DNA of 64,000 nucleotides from an uncultured Verrucomicrobiae bacterium (GTDB lineage Bacteria; Chlamydiota; Chlamydiia; Chlamydiales; Rhabdochlamydiaceae): NCBI GenBank assembly GCA_963806855.1, contig CAWDYW010000001.1, positions 960,001 to 1,024,000 of the forward strand, read 5' to 3'. Shown piece by piece: positions 59,391 to 64,000 of this stretch (position 1 is its first letter; each line of letters starts with the position of its first letter). The notes under the pieces were generated by a model. It saw only the letters and a program-made list of their open reading frames with translations, ran no database searches and was not told where the DNA came from. The position numbers and the translations under genes were made by a program.

Positions 59391-62300
59391 ATGCGCTTTT
59401 TAATCACTCTGGCTTGCTGTCTTTTAATAACGCCTGTTTTTTCAAATGATGAAGAAGCAAAAGAAGAATTTTTCCTTTCTACTCCTGAGCAAGTTGCAAC
59501 TCTTAGCAGTGAGCCGAGCAACCTCGTGGGTGGCTTGATCAGCCCGTTGAGCGGACAGCTGGCATTAAGACAAACGGACCTGGTTGCTAAAGGAGCGCAA
59601 AATATTGTGCTCAGTCGTGTTTATATCCCTCCTTACATGCCCTGCTCTTTCGCTAAATATAAACAAAGCCAAGAAGAATGGGATAAATACAACCTTTATC
59701 AACATGTGGCCCACAACTATAAAGGGTGGCAATTTTATCCTCATTTGAAACTCCAATTTACTCCTTATTCCGGAGACATTCTCCTCACCGACCCTAATGG
59801 AATGTCGCTTAACTTTCGCTTATCAGGTCCCAAGTATTCTGTTGCAACACTAGCTTCTTCCCCATATGGATTAAGCAATGCAGCCGGGGATACACCAAGC
59901 GGAAAATATGATCCTAGAAATACACGCATCTCCTATGAGGATAATGGCAATAAAATCATCGTGTATGCAACCGATGGAGCGGTTCGATTCTATTATAAAG
60001 AAGTATGGACAACTCAAACGACCCTGCTCTATCTCCTTGAAAAAGAGATCCTTCCTAATGGAAAAGTGATTAAATTTCATTACATAGGGCACCAGCCCAA
60101 TTATGTAGAAAGCTTAGATCCAAAGGAGAGATTTGTTTATGCCTCTATCCGCATCAACGGGTCACCTTGGAAAGGAAATTGCCATTTTACATCTTCTTCC
60201 GGGATAACAGTCGACTATGGTTATCAAAAGAGAACTCTTCACGTCAAAATTAAAGAGAAAGAAAAGCATTGGCATGGTGACAGGAAGCATGAACTGATAG
60301 GTAGCTGTCTTTGTCCTCCTATCCTAACGTCCGTCAGTAGCCCCTTTTATCGGCACGAAACTCTAGATTATTGTGATAAATTTCTCTTATGCGTTTGCTC
60401 TGGGAAAGACGATATTTTCACTATGGTTAACGCTGGTTTTGGAGAAGGGAGCCAGCATTTTAGAGTTCATAAACTTCATTTGCCGGTAGGTCAAAATGAT
60501 AGCCTCCAGCCTGTTTATGAGCTCTCCTATCATCCCCCTATTCCAGGGCGAAGAGAAGGAACAACAACAGTCAAAAACAGTGATGGAACATCCATTGTCT
60601 ATCATTTTTCCAAAAACCTCCTGACAACTTTAATTCAATATTTTGACCAAAATGGGAGCTCTTAAGAAAGAAAAGGTCTTTTCTTGGGATGACAAAAATT
60701 GGCTGAAATTCTTAGAAATACGAGATGCTCAAAAGAATCTCCTCTATCGAAAGTCGTATGAATATGATCATTTTGGCAATCCAATCTTAGAGAGATTCAC
60801 GGGTAATTTAACTGGAGAAGGGGATCAAGAGACTTCTACACATTAAAAGAACTTTCACACTCGATGGCAGAAATCTTCTTTTAAGAGAAGAGAGCGAAGA
60901 TGGAAAAGTCATCTGTTTTTCCTATATTCCCAATACAGATCTTGTCACTTCAAAGCTGACAAAAGATGGTGATAAGATCATCTTGCGTGAATTTTCCATT
61001 TATGACGATTGCCATAATCTCATTCAGACAATTTCTGACGATGGATCAGGTGAGGATAAAGATGACTTATCACAGGTCACTCAAAGACTAATCACAACTT
61101 ATACACTGCGCCAAGCGGCTCCTTTTCTCCATATGCCAGAGTGGATTGAAGAAACTTACCTAGAAGCTGGAATTGAAAAGCTTTTAAAAAAGAGCCATTT
61201 GATTTATGACCAACATGGCAATGTTGCTCAAGAGGAAGTCTATGATGCAAAAGGAAACCACTCCTATACCATCTGCAAAACTTATAACGAGCGCGGAGAT
61301 ATTCTCACTGAAACAAACCGCCTAGGACAACAGGCTGTTTATACCTATGATGCAAGAGGCCGCCCTGAAACAGCCACGAACTTTTCCAATAGAATCCAAA
61401 AAACTTTCCGGCATGATACAAAAGGGCGCCTTCGAGAGATAACAGAAAAGGGAGATGATGAAGTCGTTCATATTGCCTCTTCAGACTATGATTTTCACGA
61501 TCGCATAATTCAAAAAACAGACCCTTTCTCTAATAGCACACACTATACATATGATCTTCTTGTTAGCAAAATTGCCAAGACCGACTTGCCTTCTATTGCT
61601 ATCTGTAGATGGCCGTGCCACTTCTGTTACAACATCTTCAAGTTACGATCCTTTTGGGCGAGAGCTCACTAAAACAGATCCTAATGGGAATGTGACCGCC
61701 TATCGATATAACGCCTATGGATCACCCATTGAAATTCTCTATCCAAATGGAGGAAAAGAGTACTTTAGATATACAAAAGATGGTCAGCTTGCGAGTCATA
61801 CAGATCTGGATGGATTGACAATCCATTATAAAAATGATGTTTTTGGTCAGAGTTCTTTCGAAGACCTATATCTCAGCCGATGGGTCAACTCTAGCAGAAG
61901 AAACCTTCACATATAATGGTTTTAATCTCTCGGACAGAGACTGATAAAGAAGGCAATCTGAAGCAATATTCATACGATGGAGCTGGAAGGAAAATTCGAG
62001 AGGAGTTTTGCGGGCAGCATTACTGAATTTAGTTATGATGCTTTAGGATGGCTTAGCTCGACCTGTCAAGCATAATGGAGACAATACACTTCTTATCCAC
62101 TACGAGAGAGATTTAGAAGGCCGCCTTTTCGAAGAAACTAAAGACCGACACTTCTGGGCATACTCTCTATAAAATCAGATATTCATATGATGAGACGGAA
62201 ACCAAGAGACCATTACTCGATATATCAATGGAAAAGAAGCTGTTGAGAGATTTGCCTATGATTCCTTCTCCAGACCCATCTACTATCAAGATGCTGAAGG

Positions 62301-64000
62301 TTTATTACGACAGACAATTTACAATGAAAATTTTGCAAATCCTCTCGGTCAAAGAGTATTGCAAAAGAGAACCACAGATCCTCGTCAGATTGTCACCATT
62401 GAAACACAAGATGCCTTGACCCGACCAGTTAAGAAAGAAGTGCTAAATTCCCATGGGGCTCGGATTGCTCTCCTATGAGCTGATCCATGATCCTTAAGGC
62501 AATCTTTTTTATCGTAGAGATCATATCTATGAAAATGACCGTTTTCGAAATACCCAAACCGTCAAATATACCTATACATCTGATCATCAAATCGAGAGTG
62601 TAACTAGGGGCGTTTGGGACTAAAGATGCAAGAACAACCGTTTACACCTATCTTCCATCTGGAAAAATGGCAACAAAAACCCTTACCAGATGGCATCACA
62701 TTTAACCTATAGCTACCATCCCTTGGGCTTTTATGAGCCGCATAGACTCTTCCGATGGAGAAATCCATCATGCGTTTGAATACGACCGATTAGGATATCT
62801 CAGATATGCCTTAGATGAGAATCATAACATAGCAATCAAAAGAGAAGTTGACCCATTTGGCAATGTGCTCCAAGAAGTTTTCCCAAACGACTTAGAAGTT
62901 GCAAAAGAATATGACGATTTTAATCGCCCGACTTCTCATCAAGATAGGAATCAAGGAGAAATATCTTACACCTACGATCCCCTATTCTTAAGACAAGTCA
63001 CACGAATCGCTGAGGGAGGAGAAACTCTTTATTCTCATGCCTATGAAGCCTACGATTTGGATGGGAATCTCGCTTCCGAAAGTATCATTGGAGGATTAGG
63101 CTCATATTGCTCATTTAACCGAATCTAGAGGACAAAAAGCGTATATTTCTAGCCCCTATTTTGCCCAAAGCTGCCGATATGATTCAGTTGGCAATCTACT
63201 GACCAATATCGTTGATAAGCAGAGCATCGATATTCTTATGATGGCATTTCTCAACTTTCTTCAGAAAACAGCTCGGGGCAGACTAATATTTATGCTCATG
63301 ATTCTCTCTACAACAGAATTCAAAAAAATGGAGAGTCACTGAAGTTAATGACCTCAATGAGATTGTATCCTTAGATGGATACAAGACTTATATGATTTGA
63401 ATGGGAATCAAATTCTAAGGCAAAATGCAGGAGAAACTGCACGACTAACCTATGATCCTCTGAATCGATTGATTGAAGTTACCTCCGAAAAGAAAAAAAT
63501 CGAATTTATCTATGATCCATTGGGTAGGCGCCTGAGCAAAACAGTCTATACCGCATCTGCTCATGGCTGGGAAGAGACCAGCCAGGAATATTATCTATAT
63601 GACGGCTCCAACGAAATCGGCGCTTTTACTGCAGCTAATCATGCCAAAGAATTTAAGAGTCTTAGGCTTAGCAGCACACAACGGCAATCCGGCAACGATA
63701 GGGGTCGAATTAGAAGGCCAAATTTTTGCCCCTTTACTTGATGTTCAAGGCAATATTCGTCGTTTGATCAATCCCGACACAAGAGCTATTGAAGAGAGGT
63801 ATGACTTTACTGCATTTGGGGAAGAACTGCGGAATAGCTCAAAAAATAATCTATTCAATCCCTGGCGTTTTGCTTCCAAACGATTGGATCCCGAGCTGGG
63901 TCTTATCTACTATGGTAAAAGGTATTACGACCCTCGTTTAGGAAGATGGCTCACGACAGATCCTGCCGGATTTGTTGATGGGACGAATCTCTATCAATAT
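59391..64000 (+). CDS. Large RHS/YD-repeat protein with Sec-type signal peptide; many frameshifts; C-terminal domain beyond window
   Basis: YD repeats (YDHFGN, YDARGR, YDPFGR, YDPLGRR) in successive frames; window ends in RHS core NPWRFASKRLDPELGLIYYGKRYYDPRLGRWLTTDPAGFVDGTNLYQY. Confidence 0.9.

Overview
Bacterial chromosome segment, most likely from an environmental member of the phylum Chlamydiae. This is inferred from chlamydia-like gene orders (recR-bamA-skp-lpxD opposite fabH-fabD-fabG-acpP, pdhABC, groESL opposite pepF, ihf-accA-msbA) and from an Lpg1974/MOMP-type porin. Most of the window is housekeeping. Clusters of frameshifts in prfC, groES/groEL, pepF, rpiA, pdhB and a large RHS gene look like long-read consensus errors. 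Non-obvious content: (1) the first ~290 nt look like a HEARO/omegaRNA (IscB-type OMEGA scaffold) followed by an RBS and then directly by an IS200/IS605-type end with no iscB ORF, abutting the ATGA start of the next gene; (2) many intergenic palindromes: four 150-170 bp MITE/RPE-like elements (one nested in another), REP-like hairpins between convergent genes, and two tandem duplications that each start ~30-35 bp inside the upstream gene's 3' end and carry a hairpin at the junction; (3) three paralogous secreted Tyr/Trp-rich proteins (WxGPGWYYG module) with different low-complexity tails; (4) candidate host-directed proteins: a MavL/Larg1-like macrodomain, a two-member family sharing a hydrophobic N-terminal domain with variable C-termini (one ART-like), a signal-peptide-bearing HD dNTPase-like protein and a Sec-signal RHS protein; (5) variant CIRCE boxes before groES and hsp20. 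No rRNA, tRNA or CRISPR array was seen.
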